From an uncultured Desulfobacterales bacterium (GTDB lineage: Bacteria; Desulfobacterota; Desulfobacteria; Desulfobacterales; JAHEIW01), in NCBI GenBank assembly GCA_947259495.1, contig CAMYLV010000008.1, forward strand, positions 71,939 to 135,938: DNA of 64,000 nucleotides, written 5' to 3'. Of the stretch, positions 1 through 9,670 are shown in pieces. Made by a program: the position numbers and the translations under genes. Below the pieces are notes generated by a model, which did not search any database, was not told the DNA's origin, and saw nothing but the letters and a program-made list of their open reading frames with translations. The first letter of the stretch is position 1. Every line of letters starts with the position of its first letter.

Positions 1-499
1 CTGAAAGGGGCATTCGTTTAATCAGCGCTTTAATTTTTCTTCTTTCAGACAACGCAACGGCCGCAAACTTTTCGATCGTGTTGTATTTTGCATATTGAAC
101 AGCCAGGGTCCCGCCTTTGAGCGAAATGGCTTGGCAGTCAACATAGAGAATTTGAGAGATGGACTGTTTAAACTTGTAATTCGGCGTGGTGGGCACATGA
201 AAAATTCGCAAGTTGGTGAATACAAACAAAGAGCGCTTGAGATAAATAAATAAAAATCCGGTTGCATATTGGGCCAGGGAATTTATCGGCGAATATCCGG
301 TTGTAACTAACAGGATCTTTTCACCTGTTTTTAAAAACGGTTTGAGAAAAGACAATTTGACAATGAGTTTGCGCTGGCGATTTTCAACGCGCTTTTTATA
401 GATCTCTTTGTGATTGGAAAACAATGTTTCGCGATCGATCGGCAGCCCGAAAATCTGCGGTCCCATAATGCCCACCGGTTCAAAGGCTTTTTCTGCCAT
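1..499 (-). CDS. hypothetical protein, N-terminal part (ORF continues past the left edge)
   Basis: Hand-read open frame from ATG at 499-497 (MAEKAFEPVGIMGPQIFGLPIDRETLFSNHKEIYKKR...) to position 1 with no stop. It is missing from the ORF track because no stop lies in the window. No family recognised. Confidence 0.5.
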   Translation of the reverse strand, partial: MAEKAFEPVGIMGPQIFGLPIDRETLFSNHKEIYKKRVENRQRKLIVKLSFLKPFLKTGEKILLVTTGYSPINSLAQYATGFLFIYLKRSLFVFTNLRIFHVPTTPNYKFKQSISQILYVDCQAISLKGGTLAVQYAKYNTIEKFAAVALSERRKIKALIKRMPLS

Positions 500-524
500 T
501 TAAGATTATGCTCCTTTCATGAGA

Positions 525-1520
525 TTAGACAATGCCGGTAATGATGCCGGAGTCGTTGGGCGTTAGGACCGGCAGGCGCTGAATATCCTTTGCGCCGGCA
601 GCCGCCAGCATGCCGATAAGCTGCTGCTCTGAATACGCCTGACCGGATTCAGTCCCCAGCAACATATTGAGGGAAAAAAGGGCCGGAAAAAGGGGGCCGT
701 CCATGGAATTATTGAGGATAAATTCATGGACGATAATGATTCCCCCGGGCCTTAAGACGGCAACAGCTTTTTGGATAATCTGGTTGCAGCCATCCGGACC
801 TTCAGCATGCAGAATATGGGAGAGCCAGGCCGCATCATAGCGGCCTTTAATTTCATCTTTCAGATAATTTCCACTCTGAAAATCAATTCGATCTGACAGA
901 TCAAAGCGTCGGATTGTTTTTTCGGCAAATGGCCGCGTGGTGGGCAGATCGAAAACCGTGGCCTTTAAGTGAGGATTGTGGCGGCAAAAATGAATCGCAT
1001 AGGTGCCGGGACCGCCGCCCAGATCGAGTAGATGTCGGCGAGAGGAAATATCAATTTCAGGAATGAGCATCGGCGCCATATTCATGGCCATGTTGAACAT
1101 GCCCATTAAAAAACTCTCTCGCCATTCTTCATCGCTGAAGGACGACCGCTGCCGAATCGGTTGTCCGGACTGAACGGACTGGTCCAGCTGAGCCCATGAC
1201 TCGACCAGATGGTGGTGATGCATAATGATATTGCCGAGATATTGCGGGGAATCTTTGGACAGAAAAATTTTGCTCGGCGGGGTGTTTACATATTTATCAC
1301 CTGCTTTTGCCAGCAATTCCAGGGCCACCAGCGCATTGAGCAGGCGCTGGATCGCATCGGGCGCAACCTTGAGTTTGGCCGCCACCGCATCGCCGGACAA
1401 CTGCTTTTCGCCCAAACAGGTGAAAACGTCCAGTTTGACGGCCGCATGCAGCGTGCAGGTTTTCCAGAAATACCCGGAAAGTTCAAGCAATTCGCCGGGA
1501 TGCCATTTTCGGTTCGCCAT
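525..1520 (-). CDS. SAM-dependent O-methyltransferase (COMT/Methyltransf_2-type with N-terminal dimerisation/wHTH domain)
   Basis: 331-aa ORF with the SAM motif LLDLGGGPGTYAIHF and FDLP, and a typical plant/bacterial O-MT architecture. Confidence 0.85.
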   Translation of the reverse strand: MANRKWHPGELLELSGYFWKTCTLHAAVKLDVFTCLGEKQLSGDAVAAKLKVAPDAIQRLLNALVALELLAKAGDKYVNTPPSKIFLSKDSPQYLGNIIMHHHHLVESWAQLDQSVQSGQPIRQRSSFSDEEWRESFLMGMFNMAMNMAPMLIPEIDISSRRHLLDLGGGPGTYAIHFCRHNPHLKATVFDLPTTRPFAEKTIRRFDLSDRIDFQSGNYLKDEIKGRYDAAWLSHILHAEGPDGCNQIIQKAVAVLRPGGIIIVHEFILNNSMDGPLFPALFSLNMLLGTESGQAYSEQQLIGMLAAAGAKDIQRLPVLTPNDSGIITGIV

Positions 1521-1532
1521 CGTCGTTATTTT

Positions 1533-2084
1533 TTACTGAGATTTCGTCTGTGGTGGTCCTTCCCCTTTTGCCATGCGTGCTTCTTTTTCTTCATCCGACA
1601 AAGTTTCCCAGGCGACCTGCTCGGGTGTCATCGTCCAAAAAGGCGTGCCATCTTTGGTCAGGCGAACTTTGATGATGTCTGTGTTGGGATCTTTTTTTAT
1701 CTTGGAAGCCATAAATACATCTTTGCCGTTAATTTCCGCCCAGACGCCTTTAACTTTGATCCGTTCATTTTTCTTGAGCTTAATGTCACTGGGTTTGCGA
1801 TACCAGGTCGGACAGAGATGAACTTCGATAACTTCGGCCCCTTCGAGCACCTCGACAACCGTTGCCGGCGACATCCCCGGCATGGGTATGACTTCTTTGG
1901 CCCGCAAAAACCAGGCCTTTATTTTTTCGTATTCCCGCACGTCATAGTGTTTGTTGTAAGGGCTATCTTCTTCCCAGCCCTGCATATCTTTTTTCTCTTC
2001 CGCAGCGCCAAAGTTGCAAAGAACAAAAACCGCGGCACAAATCGTGATGGCGATTTTAGCGAAACGGTGATGGCGATTTTTCAT
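1533..2084 (-). CDS. secreted hypothetical protein
   Basis: 183-aa ORF with an N-terminal signal-like hydrophobic segment (IAITICAAVFVLCNFGAAEE). It lies 12 nt upstream of the O-MT start. No family recognised. Confidence 0.55.
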   Translation of the reverse strand: MKNRHHRFAKIAITICAAVFVLCNFGAAEEKKDMQGWEEDSPYNKHYDVREYEKIKAWFLRAKEVIPMPGMSPATVVEVLEGAEVIEVHLCPTWYRKPSDIKLKKNERIKVKGVWAEINGKDVFMASKIKKDPNTDIIKVRLTKDGTPFWTMTPEQVAWETLSDEEKEARMAKGEGPPQTKSQ

Positions 2085-2229
2085 ACCTTCCTCCTTGTTT
2101 AACCCGGAATTGACACCCGAGTATGGATCGCGTTGTATTTTAGACCAATAATATAGCTATGGATACCACATTTGCAATACTAAAATGAACCGCTCAGCGC
2201 GCCGTAATCGGGCTTCGATGGTTTGCGTT

Positions 2230-2964
2230 TTACCATGGGATCTGTTTACGTTCGCTGAAAAAGCCGCCTGAGGGCCCACCATCCGGCAATGTGGCCAGCC
2301 ACAGCGGTGTATCTGCACCCTGTTCAGGTGTCAAGGGCGCCTGGTCGCCGCCCATATCGGTCCGCACCCAACCCGGGCATACCGAGTTTACCAGGATGTT
2401 TTCATCGCGGACTTCTTTAGCGATCAAGGTGGTAATGGCGTTTAGTGCGGCTTTGGAGAGACGATATGCCGGCGTTTCAACCTCGCCATACCCCGAATTA
2501 GGATCGGCCATTTCCGTCAAGGAGCCCAGCGAGCTGGCCATATTGACGATGCGGCCATAGCCGCCCGCTTTCATCAGCGGGATGCAACGCTGGCACAGCA
2601 TCAGCGGTCCAAAGACGTTGGTTTGCAGTGTTTTGAGTATGGTGTGCTGACTGACATTGAGGACATTTGCATCACCGTCAATCATAATGCCGGCATTGTT
2701 GACGAGAATATCCAGCCGGTCAAACCGATCCTGGATGTGGGTAACTGCGGTTCGGATGCTTTTCTCATCGGTAATATCCAGAAGCTCAAAATGTGTATCC
2801 AGCCCCTGATCTTGCAGGCTTGAACAGGCAGCCGCACCTTTGTTTGGATCCCGGACGCCCAGAACTGCCGTAATTTCCTGTTCGGCTAGCCCCCTCGCAA
2901 TGGCATATCCAATGCCACGATTTGCTCCGGTCACCAGGGCCACCCGCTTATCATGATCAGACAT
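2230..2964 (-). CDS. short-chain dehydrogenase/reductase (carbonyl-reductase-like SDR)
   Basis: TGANRGIGYAIA cofactor motif, NNAG, and the catalytic YRLSK (YxxxK). Confidence 0.9.
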   Translation of the reverse strand: MSDHDKRVALVTGANRGIGYAIARGLAEQEITAVLGVRDPNKGAAACSSLQDQGLDTHFELLDITDEKSIRTAVTHIQDRFDRLDILVNNAGIMIDGDANVLNVSQHTILKTLQTNVFGPLMLCQRCIPLMKAGGYGRIVNMASSLGSLTEMADPNSGYGEVETPAYRLSKAALNAITTLIAKEVRDENILVNSVCPGWVRTDMGGDQAPLTPEQGADTPLWLATLPDGGPSGGFFSERKQIPW

Positions 2965-3063
2965 TGTTACTACCTCAATCTAAAATCCAGTCCTCTATAA
3001 AATATCGACGATCGACGTCTGAGTCCGGTCTACAATTTTGAAATAAATAATTACTTTATCCTA

Positions 3064-4209
3064 TCAACGCTCAGAATAAAGCAGCTCCCCCTCTCCATAG
3101 ACTGCTACCGGATAACGGGTCAGATCAAAAGGGTCCCCATTCCAGCAAACAAACGAGGCCCATTTGCCTTTCTCCAGAGTGCCGATTTGAGCGTCGACAC
3201 CGAGAATTTGGGCGTTGCGGCGTGAAATTAATTCAATGGCCTGTTGCCTGGATAAACCGGCGCGCATAAACCAGCGTGTTTGCAACAATAGCTGACGCGC
3301 CAGGGTTACCGGATGATCGGTCATGAGGCCAAATTCCACCCCGGATGCCAACAGATAGCGCACATTACGCCAATCCTCGTGCTTCAGTTCAACCTTGTAG
3401 GCAAAAGAGTCAATCGGGCCGTAAACAACCGGAATTTTGCGCTTTTTCAATTCCCGAAAAATATCCGGTCGGTGGACATCACCGGCGTGATCGACCGTAA
3501 TATCAATTTTAAATTCATCAACCAGCCGCAAAAGCGCTGCAATATCATCGATTTTGTGAACGTGACCGCGCAGACGCAGTTTACGCCCCAGTAAATCCCG
3601 CAGCACCCTGTCCTCGGCTGAAAAGACAATGTCTTGCTTTTTGCTGCCCTTGGCCTGGTTGTATTTTCGTATTTTTTGTCGCACCTCATCCAGGCGGCTG
3701 CGCAGCATGGCAACAGCTCCCATGCGGGTCGTGGGACGGTTACCTTTCCAGGCGTTTGTTTTCATGGGGTTAAATCCAAACGCAGCCTTTAGACCGGCGC
3801 GGGCGATCAGGGCGTCGGTGCTGGACCCGGCATAATTGCGGATGACCGCTGAATGACCACCGATAATATTACCGCTGCCGGGCAGCACACACGAGTACAA
3901 CACGCCCATTTGGACCGCATCTTTTAGTGACTTGTCATCCATTTGAATTGAATCCAGCGCATCGGTCAGTGTCAGAATCGAATCCTGATGTTCGTTGGCC
4001 TCTCCTTCGGTATTGGGCTCCCCGGCCCGTTCCATGCCGATGTGGCTGTGTGGATCGACAAAGGCAGGTGTCAGCACCTCATATTTTCCCAGGCAGCGGC
4101 CTTTCTTTGTTTTAGAAATGGCGCTGATTTTTTTACCACCAAATAAGAGGTGCGCATCCGAAACGATTTTTTTCCCGGTATAGATTTTATCAGCGGAGAT
4201 GAAATTCAT
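3064..4209 (-). CDS. amidohydrolase family metallo-hydrolase
   Basis: 381 aa with an N-terminal FVDPHSHIGM metal-binding HxH motif and C-terminal TDHP. Confidence 0.8.
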   Translation of the reverse strand: MNFISADKIYTGKKIVSDAHLLFGGKKISAISKTKKGRCLGKYEVLTPAFVDPHSHIGMERAGEPNTEGEANEHQDSILTLTDALDSIQMDDKSLKDAVQMGVLYSCVLPGSGNIIGGHSAVIRNYAGSSTDALIARAGLKAAFGFNPMKTNAWKGNRPTTRMGAVAMLRSRLDEVRQKIRKYNQAKGSKKQDIVFSAEDRVLRDLLGRKLRLRGHVHKIDDIAALLRLVDEFKIDITVDHAGDVHRPDIFRELKKRKIPVVYGPIDSFAYKVELKHEDWRNVRYLLASGVEFGLMTDHPVTLARQLLLQTRWFMRAGLSRQQAIELISRRNAQILGVDAQIGTLEKGKWASFVCWNGDPFDLTRYPVAVYGEGELLYSER

Positions 4210-4229
4210 GGCGTTTCCTTTCAGCAGGA

Positions 4230-4991
4230 CTAAAATTTTAACATCCGTTTGTCATAGTAGATGATCGGCCTGTAACCAAACAAGGCGCTGAGGTGGTGCA
4301 AGAAGGCACGATGACCCTCCTGCTCCCACAGGGCGCCGATGGCAACATTTACCTTTTCGTACAGTTGTTCATTTTCTTGAACCGACAACGGGCTGTATAA
4401 ATTTGGCATGTCAGCAATCGTCTCGCTGATTAGGTTCAACCACATCTGGCTGCTACCCATAATAAAATACGGCCAGTTCCTCTGCACGACAGGCGGCCAC
4501 CTGACGTCGCTGGTATCTTCGATCCGGAGCCGGGAGTTCTTCTCCGGATTATCATAATGATCTTCGTTGATGACACCTGCATTTTTCATCTCGGCCAGCA
4601 GTTCGTTTGTACGTATCGTCGTAAAAATCTGATAGGCGGTTCCTGCGGAAGCGTAAAAAATGAAGCTAAACTGATGGCCGGTTTCGTCCCGAACTGCCCG
4701 GCGGTGAAAGCGCCAAAGATGAATTTCATCTTTGTATTGTGCCAGAACCGGTGCGATGATTTTATCTGCAATCAATAGATCCCAGTGCCATTCGACTGGC
4801 TTTTCTGTCGGCCAGTGTATGCGAAAGCGTGCATACCACCAGCCAACCGATGAAGCGACTTCAGCCGGCGGCGGAGCAATCGTTGCGGTTGATTTGGCCG
4901 GGCCCGGCGTAGCGCAGCCTGTCATAATCACCATCAAAAAAATACATGCCATTGCCACCGACAGGGAGCTGAATTTATTGAACACAATCAC
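4230..4991 (-). CDS. lipoprotein of unknown function
   Basis: Signal peptide plus lipobox (VIMTGC at the N-terminus). 253 aa, Trp-rich, no family recognised with confidence. Confidence 0.6.
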   Translation of the reverse strand: MIVFNKFSSLSVAMACIFLMVIMTGCATPGPAKSTATIAPPPAEVASSVGWWYARFRIHWPTEKPVEWHWDLLIADKIIAPVLAQYKDEIHLWRFHRRAVRDETGHQFSFIFYASAGTAYQIFTTIRTNELLAEMKNAGVINEDHYDNPEKNSRLRIEDTSDVRWPPVVQRNWPYFIMGSSQMWLNLISETIADMPNLYSPLSVQENEQLYEKVNVAIGALWEQEGHRAFLHHLSALFGYRPIIYYDKRMLKF

Positions 4992-5008
4992 CTTCCTTTC
5001 GTCGAAAC

Positions 5009-6097
5009 TCAGGGAATCAGGCGCATCCGTTTGGCGTGAAAATCTCTGGCAAGCGCACCATTATCAGCCAGTAGCTCAGCAAGCCTGGCTTTAATGGCGC
5101 TGTTGTCCCGAGCCTGATATGATTCCAGGTTTTCAGCAAAATCCGGTATTCGATAAAGAAAATTACCAATGGCTTCTGAAGTTGGGCGTTGTAAGTTGAC
5201 GCCGTATTTTAAGCGTGCCAGTAAAAACCCGTTGATTTCCTGTTCAAATTGGCCCCGCATGGGCAGTGCCAGGTAAGGCTTGCGCAGGTAAAAGGATTCG
5301 GTCATAAGCGTAAAGCCGGCCGTTGCCATAACCGCTTTGCAGAATGCCAGGTCATCTAAAAAGCCCGTTTTGCTGAACGCTTTAAACGTCAAATGGCCGT
5401 CTGGGCCTTCTTTGCCAGCTCCGTAAACAATAAAGGATTCGCGGGTAAAAGACTTTAATCTTTTTAGAAACGATTCAAACCCGCTGGTCAGATAGACCAG
5501 AATATGGTCCCCGTAAGATGGCTGAAGGGATAAGACCTCTTGCCGCAGAATCGGCGGAAAGAAAAATGTGCGCTTATTTTTGGGCTCGCCATAATAAAAA
5601 GTGGTCACCAGGGACACATCCGGTCGCGGCACCATGGCCCGGATGATGGTCTTCGTCATTTTGCGCTCGGCTTGCAAGCGGACCGGACAGGGATAGGACA
5701 TATACCGAAGGCGGTGCTGGTTGTCGATGGTAATCAGCGGCAGGTCATAATGGTTGGCCAGATAGGCGGTCATGGGCTCAAAATCGGTTATGACACAGTC
5801 GGGCTGAAATTTTTTGAAAATATCTTTCCGCAGCGCTTGAAGTTTTTTGTGCCCTTCGGGTAATCGCTTCAAATTGTCAGTGAATGTTTTTACTTTCGAA
5901 ACCCGGTTATCGAGGCTAGCAATATGCAGCCCTTCGGTCTCGAATACATCGAAATCATCTTTAAGGTTGGCATAGCCGCGATCATAGCTGACGACCTTTA
6001 GCGCGTGCCCCAGCTCCTGGAGATGGGTGAGCATCTCCCGCGCTCTGGAAGAATGGCCTGAACCCTCGCCGGATAATCCGTAAACGATCTTTGCCAT
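5009..6097 (-). CDS. glycosyltransferase (MJ1255-like / GT28-related)
   Basis: N-terminal GLSGEGSGHSSRAREM motif typical of MJ1255-type UDP-glycosyltransferases. 362 aa. Confidence 0.75.
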   Translation of the reverse strand: MAKIVYGLSGEGSGHSSRAREMLTHLQELGHALKVVSYDRGYANLKDDFDVFETEGLHIASLDNRVSKVKTFTDNLKRLPEGHKKLQALRKDIFKKFQPDCVITDFEPMTAYLANHYDLPLITIDNQHRLRYMSYPCPVRLQAERKMTKTIIRAMVPRPDVSLVTTFYYGEPKNKRTFFFPPILRQEVLSLQPSYGDHILVYLTSGFESFLKRLKSFTRESFIVYGAGKEGPDGHLTFKAFSKTGFLDDLAFCKAVMATAGFTLMTESFYLRKPYLALPMRGQFEQEINGFLLARLKYGVNLQRPTSEAIGNFLYRIPDFAENLESYQARDNSAIKARLAELLADNGALARDFHAKRMRLIP

Positions 6098-6143
6098 TCT
6101 GCTTTCCCCTTTCTGCGATTCGGTTGCGTCCGCCTCGGGCGGA

Positions 6144-6755
6144 TTATGCCCGTTTGGCCCGTTTTGGCATCATGTCCCGTATATACATCTCATCGGCCCA
6201 AAAACGGCGGGCGGCGCGTCTGTCGACCGGTTCGGCGTAATCAATTCCGATCCGGCGGCCTTTTTTGATAAACCGCTCCGGTATTGTGGGCTGCGCCTCC
6301 ACCCACAGCTTCTGACCGGCAGTAAGGTCCCATCCGTTTAGCGACTTGTTGACAGCCAGTGCCTGACATAATTTGGCCGGGCCGTCCGTCAGTTCTTTGC
6401 CAGTTCTGCCACGATAGCGCTGCATGTGTTTAAGGCCGTCAAGCGGCACGATCGCGCGAATGAGAATGGCACAGGGATTTTCTTCTTCCTCGGTAACGAT
6501 GTTCAATAAATAGTGCATCCCATATACAAAATATATATAGGCCCTGCCGGCACGGCCGAACATGACCGTGTTGCGCGCTGTTTTGCCCCTGAAAGCATGG
6601 CTGGCGCTATCGTTTGGGCCCAGGTATGCTTCTGTCTCGCAAATCAGGCCGCTCAAAATATTGCCTCTGTATTTTCGGACAAGCTTTTTCCCCAACAATT
6701 CACCGGCGATCATCAGGGTGTCACGCGCATAAAAATGGTGCTTTAAGATATTCAT
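6144..6755 (-). CDS. mpg: DNA-3-methyladenine glycosylase (AAG/MPG family)
   Basis: FYARDTLMIAGELLGKKLV...ETEAYLGPNDSASHAFRGKTARNTVMFG...AYIYFVYGMHYLLNIV matches the MPG-family signature. Confidence 0.9.
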   Translation of the reverse strand: MNILKHHFYARDTLMIAGELLGKKLVRKYRGNILSGLICETEAYLGPNDSASHAFRGKTARNTVMFGRAGRAYIYFVYGMHYLLNIVTEEEENPCAILIRAIVPLDGLKHMQRYRGRTGKELTDGPAKLCQALAVNKSLNGWDLTAGQKLWVEAQPTIPERFIKKGRRIGIDYAEPVDRRAARRFWADEMYIRDMMPKRAKRA

Positions 6756-6756
6756 C

Positions 6757-7101
6757 CTACATGTAATTGTTTTTGATTACCGCTTCCAGCGGCCTCAATT
6801 TTATGGTGCCTGGACTGTCGGATTCAATGTAAAGTATATAATCGTCGTAAAGACCGCCCAGCAAAATGTCGATCCTGCGGGTTCGCTTGATGAAGATCCC
6901 GTTTTTATCAAAAACAATATCGCCTTTATCGTCTCTAACAATCGTGATGGCAAAGAGGTCCTGCTTGCCGAATTTAACAGAAAAGCGGTCACCCAGTTTA
7001 AAGCTGCTTTCAGCCAACTGATTTTTATGAATGAATATGCCTTTACGATCGGGATCGTAATTCGCAACGGGCAAACCGGCAATGTCGTTTGTTGATACCA
7101 T
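6757..7101 (-). CDS. hypothetical small protein, translationally coupled to mpg
   Basis: 114-aa ORF whose stop abuts the mpg start (1-nt gap). No family recognised. Confidence 0.5.
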   Translation of the reverse strand: MVSTNDIAGLPVANYDPDRKGIFIHKNQLAESSFKLGDRFSVKFGKQDLFAITIVRDDKGDIVFDKNGIFIKRTRRIDILLGGLYDDYILYIESDSPGTIKLRPLEAVIKNNYM

Positions 7102-7196
7102 TGAATCCTCCCTTTAGCGCCATCACAAACTACCTGCCCATATCATGAACCGCTTGCAGATTCCATGGCAAAATCTCTGAATATGGGCCGACCAAT

Positions 7197-8714
7197 TTGA
7201 CAGACCGGAGGTCATCCTTTAAAATTTTAAGTATGGTCATCCACAAATCGAAAGCATTCTGGATTGCCGGCAGCATTTTTACGCTGACGTTTGCCATCCT
7301 TTTCAGCATTCGCCTGGGAATATTAGAACAAATCTTGTCACGCCCGCGCGACCTTTCCCTGGCAACGATCAATGCAGTCTCGGAGCGTGACACCTGGATG
7401 AATATTTTTCAAAATGAGCGTAAAATCGGCTTTTCCCATACTCGCTTTTATGAAGATACAACCGGCTACCGTCTGATCGAAGCCGCACAAATGCGCATTA
7501 ATACCATGGGGATGATTCAGAGTATCAGCCTGAACACCAAAAGCCGGCTTAACCCTGATTTTACGCTTCAGGAGCTTGATTTTGAAATCAGTTCTGGCCG
7601 GTTTCGATTTTCCGTTCAGGGCGTGGTTGACGGAAACACCTTGTTTGTGACAACCGAAAGCGCCGGTTCGAGCCGCAGGCTAAATATTCCGGTTAAAGAT
7701 AAGCTCTACTTGATGAACAGTATCATGGATGCGGTTGCTGCCACCGATTTGCAGACCGGTGACAGATATGCCTTCAAAATTTTCGATCCGACTTCTATGG
7801 GACAGGTTGATGTAATTGTAGCTGTTATCGGTCCGGAACGCATTGATATCAAGGGGGTCCATCAAGCGGCTACCAAAGTTTCTTTAAATGTAAAAGGTGT
7901 ATCCCAGCTGGCTTGGATTGGAAAAGAAGGCGACATCATCAAGGAAAGAGGGCTTCTGGGCATCAGTTTGATAAAAACCGACCGCAAGGACGCCCTCGAC
8001 GGGCTGGCCATTGAAGCGAGCCAGGATCTTACAAAGATTGCCTCGATCGTCGCCAACATCCAGCTTGAAAACGTTGCAGCCCTTAAGGTTTTAAAGGTAA
8101 AAATCGAAGGGCCGCTAATGAAAAACCTGCAACTCCACGGCGGCAGACAAACCTTTAAAGAACAGGTGCTGACGGTTAAAAAAGAGACGCTGTCCAATCT
8201 GGCCCCGGAGCTTAAAATTGAAAATCTGGCGGCTCTTGAAAAAATATTCTTAAAGCCCGGCCCGTTTATTCAATCCGACGACCAGAGAATCCGAGATCTG
8301 GTCCAGGAAATTTTAAAAGACGATCCTGACGCCGACCCGCTAACCAGAGCGCAAAAATTGATGAATTGGGTGAATACCCATATCGAAAAGCGCCCGGTTC
8401 TATCGCTGCCCGATGCTCTTTCGACACTTGAAAACAAAGTCGGTGATTGCAATGAACACGCCGTTTTAATGGCCGCGCTGGCCCGGGCTGCTGGAATTCC
8501 CACCCGCATCGAAGCCGGCCTGGTATATTTAAAGGGTCGCTTCTACTACCATGCCTGGAATCTCATCTACCTCGGCAAGTGGGTCACCGCCGACTCTCTT
8601 TACGGCCAGCTGCCGGCCGACGTCAGCCATCTGCGGTTTGCAACCGGCTCACCGGAAAAGCAGCTGGATATCATGGGTGTCATCGGCAATATCCGTTTAA
8701 CGGTAATAGAATAG
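7197..8714 (+). CDS. transglutaminase-like cysteine protease-fold membrane-anchored protein
   Basis: C-terminal GDCNEHAVLMAALARAAGIPTR...YHAWN (Cys-His core of the transglutaminase-like superfamily) and an N-terminal TM helix. The track start at 7197 is TTG; ATG at 7233 is an alternative. Confidence 0.8.
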   Translation: MTDRRSSFKILSMVIHKSKAFWIAGSIFTLTFAILFSIRLGILEQILSRPRDLSLATINAVSERDTWMNIFQNERKIGFSHTRFYEDTTGYRLIEAAQMRINTMGMIQSISLNTKSRLNPDFTLQELDFEISSGRFRFSVQGVVDGNTLFVTTESAGSSRRLNIPVKDKLYLMNSIMDAVAATDLQTGDRYAFKIFDPTSMGQVDVIVAVIGPERIDIKGVHQAATKVSLNVKGVSQLAWIGKEGDIIKERGLLGISLIKTDRKDALDGLAIEASQDLTKIASIVANIQLENVAALKVLKVKIEGPLMKNLQLHGGRQTFKEQVLTVKKETLSNLAPELKIENLAALEKIFLKPGPFIQSDDQRIRDLVQEILKDDPDADPLTRAQKLMNWVNTHIEKRPVLSLPDALSTLENKVGDCNEHAVLMAALARAAGIPTRIEAGLVYLKGRFYYHAWNLIYLGKWVTADSLYGQLPADVSHLRFATGSPEKQLDIMGVIGNIRLTVIE

Positions 8715-8811
8715 TCGTCATTGTTTTGATTTGTAAACAAAGAACTTAAGGCGGGTTCTAACAAAATATGGTACAATTACGACTATCTTAAAATGCATTA
8801 AAGGTTCATAA

Positions 8812-8916
8812 GTTGAGCCCGTTGCCCGTTAGCCTGTTTGCCGGTTAAAAAATAAAATCAGGCATTTTTGCGATTTCAACGGGCTCAGCCGGCTCAACTG
8901 GCTAAACCGGCCAAAC
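8812..8916 (+). repeat. flavoured-hairpin element copy A (GCCCGTT / AACGGGC arms, gene-less)
   Basis: Left array GTTGAGCCCGTTGCCCGTTAGCCTGTTTGCCGGTT, core AAAAAATAAAATCAGGCATTTTTGCGATTT, right array CAACGGGCTCAGCCGGCTCAACTGGCTAAACCGGCCAAAC. It ends 7 nt before the ABC ATPase ATG. Confidence 0.75.
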
Positions 8917-8923
8917 TTAAAAA

Positions 8924-9670
8924 ATGATTGAATTAAAAGATCTCACAAAAAAATACGGCGATTTTGAAGCGGTCAATGATCTAAACCTATGCGTTAAAAA
9001 AGGAGAGGTTTTCGGATTTATCGGCCCCAACGGTGCCGGCAAGACCACCACCATTAAGATGATGGGCGGAATTTTGGAACCCACCAAAGGCACGGTATTC
9101 ATTGCCGGCATCAACATGCAGGATGCGCCCGAAAAAGCAAAAAGTAAAATTGGCTTTATTCCGGACCGGCCGTATCTTTACGAAAAACTCAGTGGCATGG
9201 AATTTTTAAAATTCACCGCTGATCTTTACGGGGTATCCGAAGATGCGTTTCAGGCAACCGCTTATGAGATCCTTAAGGATTTTTCACTGGCAGACTGGGG
9301 CGACGAGCTGATTGAATCTTATTCCCATGGTATGAAACAACGGCTGATCATGTCGGCCGCCCTATTGCACGATCCGGAGGTGATTATCGTAGATGAACCC
9401 ATGGTGGGGCTTGATCCGGCTGCGATCATAATGGTCAAAGCACTTTTTCGAAAACTTGCTGGCAAGGGTGTTACCGTCTTTATGTCGACGCATACGCTCA
9501 AAGTTGCCCAGGACACCTGCGATCGGATCGGCGTGATTAACAAAGGCCGCTTAATTGCCATTGGAACAACCGAAGAATTGCAACGGGCGGCCAATGTCAG
9601 CGAAACTGACCTCGAGCAGGTGTTTTTAAACCTGACGAACAATAATGAACGAAGTTCTGACCCTATTTAA
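8924..9670 (+). CDS. ABC transporter ATP-binding protein (ABC-2 type)
   Basis: Walker A GPNGAGKTT, signature YSHGMKQRL, Walker B IIIVDEP. Confidence 0.9.
   Translation: MIELKDLTKKYGDFEAVNDLNLCVKKGEVFGFIGPNGAGKTTTIKMMGGILEPTKGTVFIAGINMQDAPEKAKSKIGFIPDRPYLYEKLSGMEFLKFTADLYGVSEDAFQATAYEILKDFSLADWGDELIESYSHGMKQRLIMSAALLHDPEVIIVDEPMVGLDPAAIIMVKALFRKLAGKGVTVFMSTHTLKVAQDTCDRIGVINKGRLIAIGTTEELQRAANVSETDLEQVFLNLTNNNERSSDPI

Noticed and set aside
1209-2102. 297-aa plus-strand ORF.
   Set aside because: It spans the junction of two convincing minus-strand genes (O-methyltransferase and a secreted protein), and its sequence is low-complexity and Phe/Arg-rich.
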